Shown in pieces: positions 24,832 to 39,499 of a DNA stretch of 64,000 nt. The translations under genes and the position numbers were made by a program. Source of the DNA: Utricularia gibba. Its lineage: Eukaryota > Plantae > Magnoliophyta. The stretch lies in NCBI GenBank assembly GCA_002189035.1, contig NEEC01000016.1, positions 1,550,001 through 1,614,000 on the forward strand, read 5' to 3'. The notes under the pieces are model-generated. The model saw only the letters and a program-made list of their open reading frames with translations. It was not told the origin of the DNA and made no database searches. Numbering within the stretch: position 1 is the first letter of the stretch; every line of letters begins with the position of its first letter.

Positions 24832-25715
24832 TGCTGCGGATGTATGCTCCAAAATGAACCTCATGGACACTCATTTAACAGAATTCACCCGGGTATAAGT
24901 ATGTCGTTTCGATGGTGATAAAGCATGCAGAGAAGCTAAGGTAACGAACATGGAATGGCTACGAGGAACCCCTCTACTTGGCAGTCCACACGCAAGGAGT
25001 CGGTCGGCTTCGAACACGGCGTGCAACTCTTGTCAAAGGATTACCGGACTCTTGGGCGAACCCCGAGAGTGCTCGTGGGAGAGACCCACTCGAGCTACGG
25101 GACTCTGTGCGATCGAACAAGCATGCGTACCCAAGGGATGGTGAGTGACGTGCTGAATCCTGGGAGGAGAGTGGTCACGAGCCCAAGTGCCCAAGTGTTA
25201 GGTGAGATATGGCTGGTATGCATTGGCCCAATAGAATGTTGGAGAAGGGCCCAAAGGTACAAGAAGGGTAAGAGGATTGACCTTTCATATACTAGGTCCA
25301 TAAGATGAAGGGTTGGAAGTGGAAAGGGTTCAGAACCTCAACGGTTGGGAGGTAGTATACAAGGGCTTGGCATGGTGGTGGGTTGGACATTGGAAATCAG
25401 AGAAGGAGCGCCACCATGCCGAGATACGGAAGGAGAAGGTCACGGTTTGGCAGAAGGGGAAGGAGCCACATGAAGGTAAGAGGAAGCATGAGCCGGAACG
25501 TACGAATAAGGGCTGAAGGGCCATAAGATGATGAGCTCGAAAGGGCGGGGTCGGACCCTTCGCTGAGGTATCTCCGACGTCAACCCAACGTGAGTTTGGA
25601 GGTAGATATCATCATGAGCTCCAAAGGGAGCGGGGTTGGGACGAATCACCGTGGCTTGTATCCCTCCCGACGGTAACGTGATGTGCCATCATGGGATACA
25701 CACCCGTTGTGACCA
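24832..25715. mobile_element. Possible solo LTR of a gypsy element
   Basis: GC-balanced non-coding island starting TGCTGCGGATGTATG, with an imperfect inverted counterpart near 25700 (ggatacacacccg). No TSD was found. Confidence 0.3.
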
Positions 25716-26585
25716 ATGAGTTTTTACGATATATGTGTTTATGCTATTACGATGATATGTACCATGCTTATGGTAAGCCTTGGAATTCAGGAGTTCCCTG
25801 ATCTGATATGAAAAACATTCCCTCAGGGCTGAAGAAGATTCCGAAGTGGAATCACTGGTGAATGGCTTGACGTTAAATGGAATCACCCGAGGCTTTTTCT
25901 ACCTTCTCCGGTGAACCTCATGCGTAGCTCAAGCAGGAAAGTAGCACCCGCCACATGGGTTTAACCCCGCAAATCGTTCAAAACAAGCGCGAGTTGTGGA
26001 AACAGCAGTTCTTCGTCTTACCAAACATCGATCCCCGTCTTTTAGGTTACCGATTGGGGGAGGCCTCTCGGGGTTGAAAAATTAGCCATTTTGTGGCGTT
26101 TGGGGGTACGAACAAAAACACGCCCCCTGAGACAAGATTCGATCATCCCAATGGAACTGCAGATAGTAGCGATTTGCGAAGAAGCCCAGTTCCAAGGTGC
26201 AGATAGATCGATTTCTAAGAGGCAACACTCTGCTAGCCGCAGATCGCCGGAATTTCTTCAATTCACCACCTCAATCTAATATAGCCCCTGGCGGATCTCC
26301 GCCAGAGAGGATGGGCGACTGCTGATTCCAAACTTCCGAGGGAGGAATGCGAGGCAAGAAGTAAAGAACCAGACTGCGGTTTATATGATTTTGTAGGGGG
26401 AGAGACTTGAGGCAGACACAAAGGAGGCAGATTTGAAACTGATCGTAAATGACAGTTTTTGGGTGTCAATTTCCAAAAAGTTTAGGGTTTGAACAAAGGC
26501 ACAAAAACTTCCTATCCTTCAAAGTAGAGGTGTCAACAGGAAGACACCATGAACAAGGAACTTCAACCACATCAAGCCAAAGTAA

Positions 26586-27746
26586 TCAAATCAACGCAGA
26601 ACTGATTTTTCCCATTAAACTGGGTGGAGAAGCGGCTGCTGGGGTTTCAATCTCATTCTTCGCTTCTTCCTCTCCTTCAATCTCATCATCACTATTGTAG
26701 ACGAACCGGATGTGCTTGCCCGTGAACTTAGGCCAATCACGGACACTCATTTTAGTCATTCCTTTGCAGAGTTCATTCATCAGTTCTTCATCTCCCTCCT
26801 CTTCTTCTTCATCTTCATGTTCAAGGTAATCGTCACTCTCTAGCCACTCGTCTCCTTGGTCTTCCTCATCTTCATCCATCATGCTACTGGCATTTGCCTG
26901 TATAGACCAAATGGATGAGCTATCATCTTCAATGGATAGGTTTTCTCCACTGCTCATTTTGCCTCCTTGGTATGAAGAGCCTCCTGAAGAATTTGATTTC
27001 TCTGAGAAATCCAACAGCAAAGACCTTGTGATCACATTATCACCCTCCAACCCTTCCTTGTTATCCTTAGTCATCATCTTTATCACAAAAAAAATGAGTA
27101 TCAAAATCACAAACTGTTAATCAAAAAATGACAAAAAACTAGAGCTGATTTAGAACCAACCTGGGGTATCAGAATCCTTTCTGTTACAGGTGTAATGGAA
27201 GGTAAATGGTCACCCTCACCAGAGAAGTCCGCTACTTGGGGCGTGTTAGCCGGAGTCGGAGCCACCAATGTAATAGGTACTGGAGAATCGATGCTGAGTC
27301 CATAAACCTTGAAGAGTGGCCTATTTTCAATCGCAATCTTAGAAGGCTCTCCCTCTTCCTCAACCTTCTGCAGAAGACTCTTCACTTGACCACGCAACAG
27401 GGCTTCACCAGATCCAGGCGCCGATTGAATGGTTGCCTTCTTCTTGTAAGCAAACGACGATGGAGTCGCCTGATTTCCCATCGCCAATCCAATAATCGGC
27501 GAATCGTTCGTTATATCAATCAGCGCAGATCGATCTTGCCGCTGCACCGACTTCGCTTTCTCCTTTCCATATTCATCAAGTTTTCCTACAAGAATAATCA
27601 GAAACAGAAAAAAAAAAAGAGTGATCGTAACCGGAACAGAGGAAACGACCCATACCCGTCGCCGGGAAAGGCAAACTACCGTTGTTGGCGGCAGAAGAAA
27701 GGGCATGCGATCTTGTTACTCTTCTAATGGACGACGGAGTTTCCAT
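26586..27746 (-). CDS. Uncharacterised acidic plant protein, At5g66230/At3g51230-like
   Basis: Exons 27746-27656, 27585-27161 and about 27113-26586. Remembered family motifs: METPSSIRRVTRS, ALIDITNDSPIIGLA, PGSGEALLRGQVKSLLQKVEEE, TRSLLLDFSEKS, KFTGKHIRFVYNSDDE. The third acceptor and the extreme C-terminus are uncertain. Confidence 0.85.
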
Positions 27747-27856
27747 GTTCCCGATCTGGCCGGAGCGTTAAGAATCCGTAAGATTTGAGATGAGAAAGTA
27801 GAAGACTCTAACAAAGGAGACGCTGGTAACATATATAGCAAAGCTACAACGTTTTT

Positions 27857-27903
27857 GACCGTTAGGCGCGTGGCAGTGACGCCTCCAGAAAGTAGCCGTT
27901 GTG
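27857..27903 (-). promoter_or_regulatory. Two MSA (MYB3R, G2/M) elements upstream of the At5g66230-like gene
   Basis: On the minus strand, CCTAACGGTC (27857-66) and CACAACGGCT (27894-903) lie within about 160 bp of the ATG. Confidence 0.6.
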
Positions 27904-28398
27904 ATTTAAATCTTATGGGCTTGGGCTTAACATACAGTGATTGCGACGTATAAACAATTTATTTTTTTTACAAGAATGAAAATAAAGATATTAATACAAT
28001 AAATCGAACGAAATTTAGGATATTTAAATTCTATTTTGTATATGTTTTTTTGGAAGAATACTTCAGAATAATTCTATTTTAAAAAATTAAAAATTTTAAA
28101 AATCAAAAGTTATAGAATTTTAAATTATGTTTTATTAAAACAGTTTTCGATCTTCTACCAGGGCGTTAGGGTAAAATTTTGCGACGATGAAGTTGCACTC
28201 ATTAACGATTTCGAGGTGAAGGTTACTGGGTATGGAATTCAACTGCTTTATGGGTTTGGAGGACTCCGTGTGTTTTGTGGGTGAATTTTTTTACCATTGA
28301 GAATGATTGTTTTTGTAGAGATATCGAAGATTGGATGCGGAAGTAGGTTTATTGAGGCACTAGCTGCATCTGATTCAACAGGGGAATGAAGATAGCAT

Positions 28399-28880
28399 GG
28401 CCCAGGGGAAGAAGTTTCAGGTGTCTGTGGATCAGGAACCAACTAGATTAGTGGTAAGATTGATGTTTGGATGATTAGGACTTGTGAGAGGAAGAATTGA
28501 ATCCTGGACCTTCTCCAGGGGCATTTGGCATCGGCGAGCCCTTTTGAAGGCGCCTGATAACAACAAGATGAAAATGGCAGGAGAGGTTGGCAGAGGCGAA
28601 TGAGGCTTTGCCTCGGGTTAAGCCGGCCATGGCTGACGGTCCAAGAGTCAGCGATTCCCGTCTTGAAGCCAACGAAAGAGCCCAGCAAATGCTTCATGAT
28701 CTTCAATCTGAGAAGATGAATTGCGGCGGCGATCATGCGGAGCAGAGACGGGTTCTCGGGTCATCTGCTCTCTGGAAATTTCAAAGCCATTAGAGGAAGA
28801 GGCCATTGGAGGTGAGAACGCAAATGCAACTCGCAAATGGACACCCTGAAAATGCTAAGAATGCAGCAGCAAACTTGTAA
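28399..28880 (+). pseudogene. Degenerate single-exon gene remnant, weakly resembling the post-MADS region of type-I MADS proteins
   Basis: Segments GRIESW...LLKAPDNNKMKM and QERLAEANEAL...EANERAQQMLHDLQSEK lie in different frames with stops. No MADS box is recognisable. Confidence 0.25.
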
Positions 28881-29516
28881 CTCAATCATCAACTCACTCA
28901 GCGTCGATGCACCTTCGTTTTACGTCTCAAAAAGCTTCTCCTTTGCAGAGAGTCTCAAGAGAACAAGGTCAGGCAATGAAAAACGCGCAACATAATCTAT
29001 GTAACCAGAGTTGAACTAACAAACAGTTCCTTTGTCTTCGTTGTTTTCTCATTATTGTATCTCGTGCGATGGAGTGAATTGACTCCTTCCCTTTTCACTT
29101 TGGTGCTCTAAAGTTGGATTTTTTTCAGTTATATTTCTATTGCTGGATGAGAAATTCCCCCCCAAAAAAAAGTTCAGTTGGATTTAGCGAGAATTGCGAG
29201 TGGAGAAAGAGAGAGCCGAACGGTTCAATTCAATGGCAGCATTTTCTTGCCAAAAAAAAACTACCCAATTTAATAACCAACACACACAAAATTGAGCCCC
29301 CCAATAGCGGCTTGTTTTCTTTCTTACGGTTTTTCTCTTGTCTCGACATCGCCCAGTACATTTTCCGATCTGGGGTTTCTTGTTCGTTGATCATTCGGCA
29401 TATGGTAGGTGTAGGGGGTGAAAAGATTGTTTCTTTTTATGCTTCTGATTGCTGAAATTTCCATCCTTTTCAATATTGATTCTTACAAAGATTTCTGTGT
29501 ACCTGGTTAGGTATGA

Positions 29517-30747
<1,231 letters not shown>

Positions 30748-31909
30748 ATTCACCGAGTTCTTTGTTACGTGCGTTGGGAAGAACAAGACCAGCAGAAGCG
30801 GCAAGTTAGAACAGTTGTCGTGTTCTCAAATTCTAATATATTTCCATAATTTTTAATTGATTTTAGTTCCAAATTTTATTATTAAATATCAATCATCTAT
30901 GTTTTCAAAAAATATAAATTTAGAATTGTTTATTATTAATAACAAGATGTAGAAGTAAGATTTTCATTTTATTTGAAACAGTTCTTGAAAATTTAAATAA
31001 AAATCACAAATTTAGATTTCGTATATATGATTAATTTTATTTGAATATATGATTTAGGATATGTTGAATTTAGTTAATTTTAAAATTTGAAATTATGTGG
31101 ATGTAATTAATTTTAAAATTGTGTATTATAACAATATATTAGAAATTTTGATTAATATATTAGAAATTATTTTAGAATTTAAATAATAGTCTAAATATAT
31201 ATTTAAAACATAGAAAAATGAATAATATATTTTTTTAAAGAACTTTAAATAAATTGTGAAATTAATTTCAATAATTATTAATACCAAATGAACCTCATAA
31301 TTTCTTGAAAAGAATTTTTGAGAGGATATTCTTACAAAACATAAGTTAGGGTTATGCAACATAATAGGATTTCTGGATTTTTGAGTTTTTTAAAACATAA
31401 ATTACTTGTATGAATATTAAAATGTTTGAAACATAAATTTACTTTATCAAAAGCACTGATTTAATGCGTCACCCGTAATTCACGGTTTATGCCAACATAG
31501 GATTCGCTCCTGTGTGGGGACACGCACGTCCGTACGGTACACCCGCGGCGCTTTCACTCGCAATCAATACAGCGCTGGAAATGGCGGCAATTTGATGCCC
31601 CTCATCGTTATTCAAATTACACTTTTTTCCCCAAAAGCAAAACCCTAGCCCGCCCTCGTTTTTTTCCCTCTCGTTTCTCGACTACTCGCCTTCCAACGAC
31701 GATTTCCTGCGCCGCCACTGAGTTCTCCCGTCCATTGCTGGTACGTTCGTGTTTCGCTGCTGATCAATCGCGTTTTTTGGTTGTCGGTTTGGCCTGGTTT
31801 TTTTTTGGTCACCGGAAATTTTGCTCTTTTTTTCCCATGAAATTGTTGGCGTTGTTGCAGAACCGCTTGATGATAAGTTCGAAGTGATACAAGGGGTTGG
31901 GAGTGGTGG

Positions 31910-33132
31910 ATGGGGAAGGTATCGCCAAATGAGATGCAATTAAAAGGTGGGAGACAGAAGCCATGGTCGAAAAATCGCAAGAGTAGTAAGTACTTGAAGC
32001 CCGGTGCTCTTGCCCAGATTCGAAATAGCAAGGCTGCTAGTAAAGCTTGCACGGATCTTGGGAAGAAACGAGTTGCTATTGCAAACGCCAAAAGGATCTT
32101 AGCAAGTGATGCTGATGATGCGGCTCATCGCAATATAAGCCCTGGATATTTATCGCCTGTGAGGTCCCAGTTGGATACCTTGTATGGGGCTTTAGGTAGT
32201 ATTAGTCAGAACCAGTTACCAAGTACACCATCGACACCCTGTGACAAAGTTTGTGATTCCGAATCACGCCTTGAATCTCTTCCGGATGACTTGCTGGTAC
32301 ATTGTTCTCACCCTTTTCTATCTGATCATTCAGTTTGAATTTTCCAATTTAAGCACTTGAGATTTGCATGTTCGCGTATATTTGATGACCCTCTTTGAGT
32401 CCAATTGAGAATGTAGCACTTCCACCAGTGTGTCGTTTCACAGTTCATACAGCACTTCACAATGATAACTGGGAATTTCCACCACCAATCATGGGTCTGT
32501 TTTCTGATGTAAAGGTGAAAATACTTTGCCATCTCCACCACGATCAGCTCAAAGCAGTGTTTCATGTCTCACGGAAGATTAGAAACGCAGTGAGTTGTTC
32601 CAGTACCATTTTGTTCCTGATTACTTGTCTTTCTGCCCGTAGAAGAAACTGATTGCACACCTTTTTATCCATCTGCTTTAGGTGATTATTGCAAGACAGT
32701 TCTACTTCAATTATACCACTCCAGACAGAACAAGGCAGGAGATGCTGAACACAAGAACTCCACTTCCAACTGATCATTGGCCTTTCATGAGGTTAGCCTT
32801 GACATTTTGAATTCTACGTGACATCCAGTGAAGACCCTTTTGTTTTACAAACTGAACGTATGCATTGCAGCATGCGAAGTGGTAAAGGGATTTGGATTCG
32901 AAGCCCCCACACACCTAAGGCACCCAAGCACGGACAACGCCCCCCATCTCGTTTGAAAATCACAGAGATGAGGCAAATCGCAGCCGTTCTTTTCCAAGAT
33001 TCCTCTTTCTCATCCAAGTGCTTGGTGCCATCAGTACTTGGAAAACCCATGTGTAAGTCGTTGGCTTCCCACAGAGTGTTGCTCTACGAAGATGAACTGT
33101 GCCAAGCAGTCGCTCAGAACAAACTCCGTTGA
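31910..33132 (+). CDS. FBS4: F-box protein, FBS4/At4g35930-like
   Basis: Exons 31910-32296, 32515-32589, 32682-32791 and 32871-33132. Motifs MGKVSP, KYLKPGALAQIR, F-box SRLESLPDDLLVKILCHLHHDQLKAVFHVS, YFNYTTPDR, PHTPKAPKHG and C-terminal YEDELCQAVAQNKLR. Confidence 0.9.
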
Positions 33133-33626
33133 CCTTGCCCTGCTTCCTCAAGTCCACGCCATGCTCGCCCCGCCGTGGTACCCCTAAAGGCCGGTATATG
33201 TACAGCCCATGCATCTCATGTCTCCACTTTTTTTTGATTCTCAGTGCCTCCCGTGTTTCAACTCTCTACTTCACCGCCTTGGTGAAGGTGCGTCTGCGAC
33301 TGCCCTCTGCTCGCTCATTTTTGTAACATATTGAGGTGTTTATTAGTATTCCTCTGTTTTCAAACGTATTCTGGCGAATCCAACGGTCACCCCTGGGCTT
33401 GTCGGATTTAGAACAAAAATGTAATAACCTAAGACTTGGTGCAAGGCGTTTGGGCAGGGAGCTGCTTTTCTTGAAGGAAAACGTTCTACTTGATGGTTAC
33501 AGGGAGTGAAAAGACGGACATGCCCTTCATCCGGGAGCGGGTCCCACCTTCCCCGCAACTCTAGGACTACTAGACGACAAGGATAGATAATAATAGACTA
33601 GCCAATACATTCACAGTGAGCCAGGA

Positions 33627-34532
33627 TCAAAACGGTGCCGTTAGCGTTCTCTGGAGACGCCTCTCCTTGGTGCTTTGGTGGTGGTGGTAGTCGTGGTCGT
33701 GGCCGTTCTGGGCAGCTGCCGCTCTCAATAGCTGCGTGTCACGTTCAGAGAGTGAAAAAAGACGGGAGGGAAAAAAGGCGACATTGTAATGGACTTTTAG
33801 ATTTCCAGATTCAGCATACAAGTTGTATGCATTCTATTCATTGGACTACCCTTTTAGTTCTTTCCCCACTCGAATCCTAGGCCCTGTTATGGAATAGCAG
33901 GCACAAACAAAGACACCCGGTTTCCTTGTATTAACAGTGGTAGATCCAAACCTGTTGCTGCTGTTCCTTGAGGCGGGCGTTCTCCGCAACAAGTTGTGCG
34001 ACCTCCATTTCCAGCTCGTTGGTGTAGGCCTGAACAAAACAGAGAGAAAGAAAACAAAAAAAAAAAAGACAGGGGATTGTGTTCAATATTTTACGGAGTA
34101 AAGTTTGGTGTTGAGTAAGAAGGAATGGGGGTGTTTTTGTTTCGGTGCCTGTTTTCTAGCTCTGGATCGGGCGGCGGACTCGCGGTTCTTGATCATGCGT
34201 TTTTGCCTCCGGTCACCGGGGCCGGGCTCGAGATCCACGAACCTCTTCCTGCCGGCAGCGTTGGCGTGCTCGAGTGCTTCGAGAGCGATGTTGAGTGATA
34301 TGGACTGGGGGCGAAGGGAGTTGAGTGCGAGGGCGGTTGGAGTTGGGGGAGGAAGCGCTGCAGAGACGGGAGCCGCGTCGTTGGAGAAGAAGTCCTGCAG
34401 GATGACACCTCCGACGGCGTGCCGCTGGAGATCGGGCTGCAGAGTGAGGTCCCTCCAAAGATCCTCCATTGCCGGAGATGATGAAGACTGGGTGGAGTTA
34501 GATTTGAAGACAGAGGAGGAAGATGGCCACAT
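33627..34532 (-). CDS. FD: FD-like group-A bZIP transcription factor, about 188 aa
   Basis: Exons 34532-34149, 34029-33952 and 33731-33627; the first intron uses a GC donor (CAG/GCACCG). Motifs MEDLWRDLTL, ILQDFF, bZIP DRRQKRMIKNRESAARSRARKQAYTNELEMEV and C-terminal SAP motif LQRTLTAPF. Confidence 0.93.
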
Positions 34533-36244
34533 TTGGAGCAGCAGAGGAACACGTTGGGGGCCAATTGGGGGACCTCGCAGCCAAACCCACAAAAATACAC
34601 GAAAAACAACAAGATTTTTATACTGAGTTCTGTTCTGTTCAGTTCTGTCCCCCAGCCTTTTTCACTAAACGTGGCCACCATGGCATGGCATTCGCACACT
34701 CGCACTACCTTCGAGTCCCAGATTCATTTCCATGTTCATCTAGACAAGGGATGAATGAGAGGGGTGGGTGTGTGTGGAGTGGGGGAGGGGAGCAGTGTCA
34801 CGCATAATCTTTTCAGTACATTTTAGTCGGATTCTGCAGCAGAGAGGTTTGGCAGAATTGAATTGAATGGGAGTGGTGGGGCTTTGTTGTCATTGTCTTG
34901 TCGCAGCAGCTGCCTCGCCTGTAACATAATTACAAGAAGCCACATATCCCACATCGAAAACTCCCAAATTCTGTACTTGCTCCTGACGCATTATCCATCT
35001 ATACACACGCTTACCTCCCTCTATACATACATACATACAGTGCATTTCCCCGCATTTGGATTCATTGCTTCGAATCTCATTTGGAGTGAATTTGCCCAAA
35101 CTTCATTTGGAGAACGAAAAAATGACCTTCATATCATATCCTCCTTACAAGTGTTTAGGGCGAATGCCATCTACTCATGTTGTGGAAGTGGAACAATTAT
35201 TTTTCCCTAAAATAAAGAAATGTATTACCGAATACTATATATCATCGAAATAAGAAGGGTGTTTAGAATCCACAATATTTTAAATATACAAAGAAATAAG
35301 AAGAAGAATATCATGATCTATTTTTTCGAGAGAGAAACCAATCTCTTAGATAGAAGCGAACAAAGTGTATCAAGTTATTGTAACTACTATAAACCTTTGC
35401 TCATCTTCCTATGGCCACTTTCTATTTTTTGTTTTTTTAAATTATCAGCTCTGTTTATCTATTTATTAATTTATAAGTTATTTCCTAAAATAGAGCAGCA
35501 TATCATCTAATGCAATATATATGGTTGGAGTAGATGCAAAAAGAAAAAGTGTGTCAAATAATGCATCTTCTTAATACATGAAGAATTAATAAGTAGAATA
35601 CTAGGATCCATTTTTAAGATAGAAATGAAATTCCTAGAGTTCTTCTGACTTTCTTCTATGAGCCTTCATTAGGATTTATTATTTATTTATACTTTTTTGA
35701 AATAATTTTGTTTAATTTTTAAAAATTTAAATTTTTAATCATTCTATATTAAAATTGCAAATCTAAATTATATGATTAAGTTAAAAAATTATTAAATTTA
35801 TTACATCTATATTTTAGTTATTGAATAAAATATTAATTTTTACATACTTCAAAAATATATTTATATTCTAATATTTAATATGTTAAAATTTATAATATAT
35901 ATAATTTATTTTATTAAAATTTATAATATAATTTATTACTATAATTTTGAATTAATTTTGAATTAATTTTATTCACAAAATATGAAAACTGCTTTTATTA
36001 TAATTTTTAAAATATATAACAGGTATATAATTCAATTTTCCTTGTTTTTTTTTCCTCTATTTATCAGTTTCATAGTTATTTAAATTGTTTGAGTAAGAAT
36101 GTCAACAATGGCACTCATCTCACATGCAATCCAATGAATTTTTTTTAAAAAAATGCACCTTAAAAACAATGTTTTAGCACTAATTTGAGATCGGGCAGCT
36201 GCATCAGCTACTGTCAAGGAAGAAGAGGTTAGTAGTTGGTAGGG

Positions 36245-38061
36245 TTAAATGCTGCTCTGTGCATCGCATGCTTGGCCTCTTTTCTGTGCATGAAACCGGG
36301 CCGGTTCGCATCTCGCGGCGTATCCGAATTTTAGTGTGTTGTATTTCCTATGTACTCCTGTAAGTTTACCCGTTTCTGCATTCCCATGAAATTCGACCAT
36401 CTCCCTTGAACACTCTCTGCGAAACGGGAAGAGAGTCGTTACGAAGTTAAAGCTTGAATCTTGCACTGCGGTTGAGTTGAATTATACTCACTGTAACTCA
36501 TCTTCTGAGTAGCCTGTGTGCCATTCACATGTCTTGCTCCAGTGCCCAACTCCGTATAACGTTAGCTGTGCTGTGTAGACAGCTGCAGCAGCGAGGAATG
36601 ATGGGGGGTGCTTCAGCATGTCATACTCCACTAGACAGAGCTCAACCAGGAAGAAAGCCAGTTGCTCAAGCTGCACATAAAGGTGTGCTCTTTATATGTG
36701 GGTAGTTACAGTTTCCCAAGTAAAACAGCAAAACAGTATTCGAACCTTTCGGTCAGATTGAGCAGCCTTGAGGAATCGTCTCATGAAAACGTACGGAGTT
36801 GGAACAGACATGTTGAATTGAAGAGTGTTCAGCATCTGTTTCTCCTGCGGAAGGAAGAAGCAGCGCACAGGTTTAATCTGCAAATTCAAAGTTGCAGTTC
36901 AAATCTTCTCATTTCCTACCATTTCAAGGACTTCCTTTCTCGTATATGCTTTGTCCGAAATGAAGATCAGATCAGCTACTACAGGGACGGAAACTTCCTC
37001 GTACTTGCAGGCTAAGAGCATAGCCACAAGGCCAACGAGCTGCAGCTTCTTTCTAGCAACCGATTGGTTAGCTAAAAACCGATCAATCAGATTTACAGTT
37101 AGAAACAATGTCTCTTCGCGAAGTTCAAACTTATGGTGAACCTCTACGAGCCAGTCGATGAGAATGGCTCGCATTTTCTCATTGATGTCGAACTGGTTTA
37201 CCATATACACAGAAGAAACGCAGCTGGAGCTCTGCAACAAGCAACAACCGGCTGGTAACTCAGTGCGCTGCACTTTGTTTGTCTTCAACTGAGATGCATC
37301 AGAGCAAGTATGATGGAGTCGGCATTGTTGTACTGTACCTCAATTTTCTTGTAGTATGTGTATAGGTCTTCTATGTAGTCTACAACGGCAAGTGGATCCT
37401 TGCAGTCACCGCCATCAATGTCCACGATTGTCTCTTCAAATATGTCTTCCATTTCTACCTCCTGCACAGATGTCATTTTGCAAGATCATTGCTTGTTCGA
37501 AGATAGGGGATGAATTTGAAAAGGGGTGCTTACTGTTTGGTCCGATCCCGTTGTTAGAACCTCGGATCGCTCCAAAGACATGGGCTCAGCATCAGTTAGG
37601 GGAGTATCCTCCCACACTGTGAACACATTGGCACCAGTCTTTGCCTTCTTTGCTTCCTGCTCAGCTCAGAGTTAACATTTTCTATGTACTTCATTTACAA
37701 ATCAATAGAAGCTACGCACCTCAGGGTACTTTTTGGATGAAACTCCCACTTGTGCATCGCACTTCCTGAAGACAATTAAGAAACATACATGAAACTAGAA
37801 TCCAATGAACCAACACAAACAGGCAAAGTAACTCCCATTTTCCCAGAAGAGACTACAAACAGGAGACGGAAATTCATATCCAATGAACAATTTTGAAGTC
37901 AAAGTGTTAGAATTATACGCTGCAATTCCTCTCTTGTTGACAAAACCACAGAAACGAGGATCAGCAGATTCTCCAAGCTTACGGTTAATAACGCTCAGAG
38001 GTCTTCTCTTTGGCCAAATCTCCCCGCCGAACTTCCTCCCCACCATTACCCCCTCTGCCAT
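36245..38061 (-). CDS. CYCB2: B2-type mitotic cyclin
   Basis: D-box-like RRPLSVIN; [31 protein letters not shown]; cyclin box [34 protein letters not shown]; LLACKYEE; [12 protein letters not shown]; [16 protein letters not shown]. Multi-exon with GT-AG introns. Confidence 0.96.
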
Positions 38062-38370
38062 TATTCGAAACCAATATTCAAGAGAAGGAATCAAAATAAA
38101 GAAAACAAAAGCTACTAACCAGTGGGTTGTCTAATCGAAGCATTATTCTTATTCTCATCAGAAGCAACAATTTCTTCTGCTTTTCTCGACATTTCTGAAG
38201 TGGGTTTTGAGAATAAGGAAGAAACTTTCGATGGAACAAGAAAAATTCAAACATAAAAGACGAGACTTTGAGGAAGAGGGGAGCGGCCAGTGGGGACGAG
38301 CAAGAGCCTCTCTCCCTCTGCTGTCTGTCCGCCACTCTCATCCACTTCATATAACTCCATTGTTTTGAAA

Positions 38371-38969
38371 AGTAACGGCTAGTGAATCCCCTCCATTGGA
38401 TCGCCTAAACTCCAAAACAAGGCAAGTCCCGGGACTACTCGGACACAACGGTAACCTTGGTTTCCCGGAGACCCCCACGTGGGAAAGAGACGTTTTTTTT
38501 TTTTCCAAATGAAGGCTACCCTCCCTCCATTATCCCCTGAATACAAACTCAAATGGAATGGATGGATACTCGCCCATCCCTGTCTTGCAGTACGGTATCG
38601 GGATATGAAATTTTAATTTGATTTGTTGAAAAAAAAAACCTTGATAGAAATTATTGTATTAAAAAATATTAATATAATATATTTGACATAAAATTTTGTA
38701 ATTGAATTTACATAAAAATCTATCAAAATGTTCGTGAATGAGTAAGTTTTTAATATAAATTTCATTGTTATTCTTGACATTTTATTTACTATTTTTTGTC
38801 TAATAAAACATTTGGAGTGAAATTGATAGTTGAAGAAAAAATATCTTAGGAATATTAAAAATAATATTTTATTTAATTAAAATTCATTTATATATGAGTT
38901 TATGTTTTAGTTTTAATGTGTTTCATTTAATATAAATCAATATTTCATATATTATGACGTCTAACGGCA
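38371..38969. promoter_or_regulatory. MSA (AACGG-core) elements upstream of CYCB2
   Basis: AGTAACGGCT at 38371-80, CACAACGGTA at 38444-53 and TCTAACGGCA at 38960-69. B-type cyclin promoters are established MYB3R targets. Confidence 0.6.
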
Positions 38970-39499
38970 TCGCAGGGACCACAAAATTCAAAATGAGTCT
39001 CCAATGCATTCATTTATGGTTCCTTATCCCCAAGTGTGACATGGTTCGGCATGTGGGCCCACTATAATAATTTAAATTATATATTATATTCGTCCACATA
39101 ACGAAAAGATCCCATGTGTCGAACCTCGGTGGTATGTAGTTTCATGTCCCCCACAAATGCCAACACAAGAATATAGTTTTTAATTAAATAATTATAAGTT
39201 GCCATTGATAACTCGAAAAGGGGAAAATCATAAGATATATTAAAATGTATAAACTATAAATTATTAATGATAGTTATTTTACATATTAATGAGCATTTCG
39301 AAAGTTTTTGCAATCTGTTTCTATTTCTCAAAAAGTTGAAATATAAATAATTTACTGAAGTAGGAAGGGAAATGTAGTGTTTGGAAAAACGCCTAAGGTA
39401 GATCTAGAAATATTTTAGAAATAAGTAGAGTTTTGTGCAAAAATATTTTTGACATTTTTGAATTCTTTGGAGCTCTACATTGCTATTTTCTTCTTATTT

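Noticed and set aside
26280-26390. PWRISAREDGRLLI, reminiscent of the FAF domain
   Set aside because: The match is too short, is flanked by stops and lacks the rest of the domain.
34105-34705. Long plus-strand ORFs over FD (similar shadow ORFs lie over WUS, the C2H2 gene and WOX13)
   Set aside because: They are shadow frames of GC-rich exons with no motifs or splice logic of their own.
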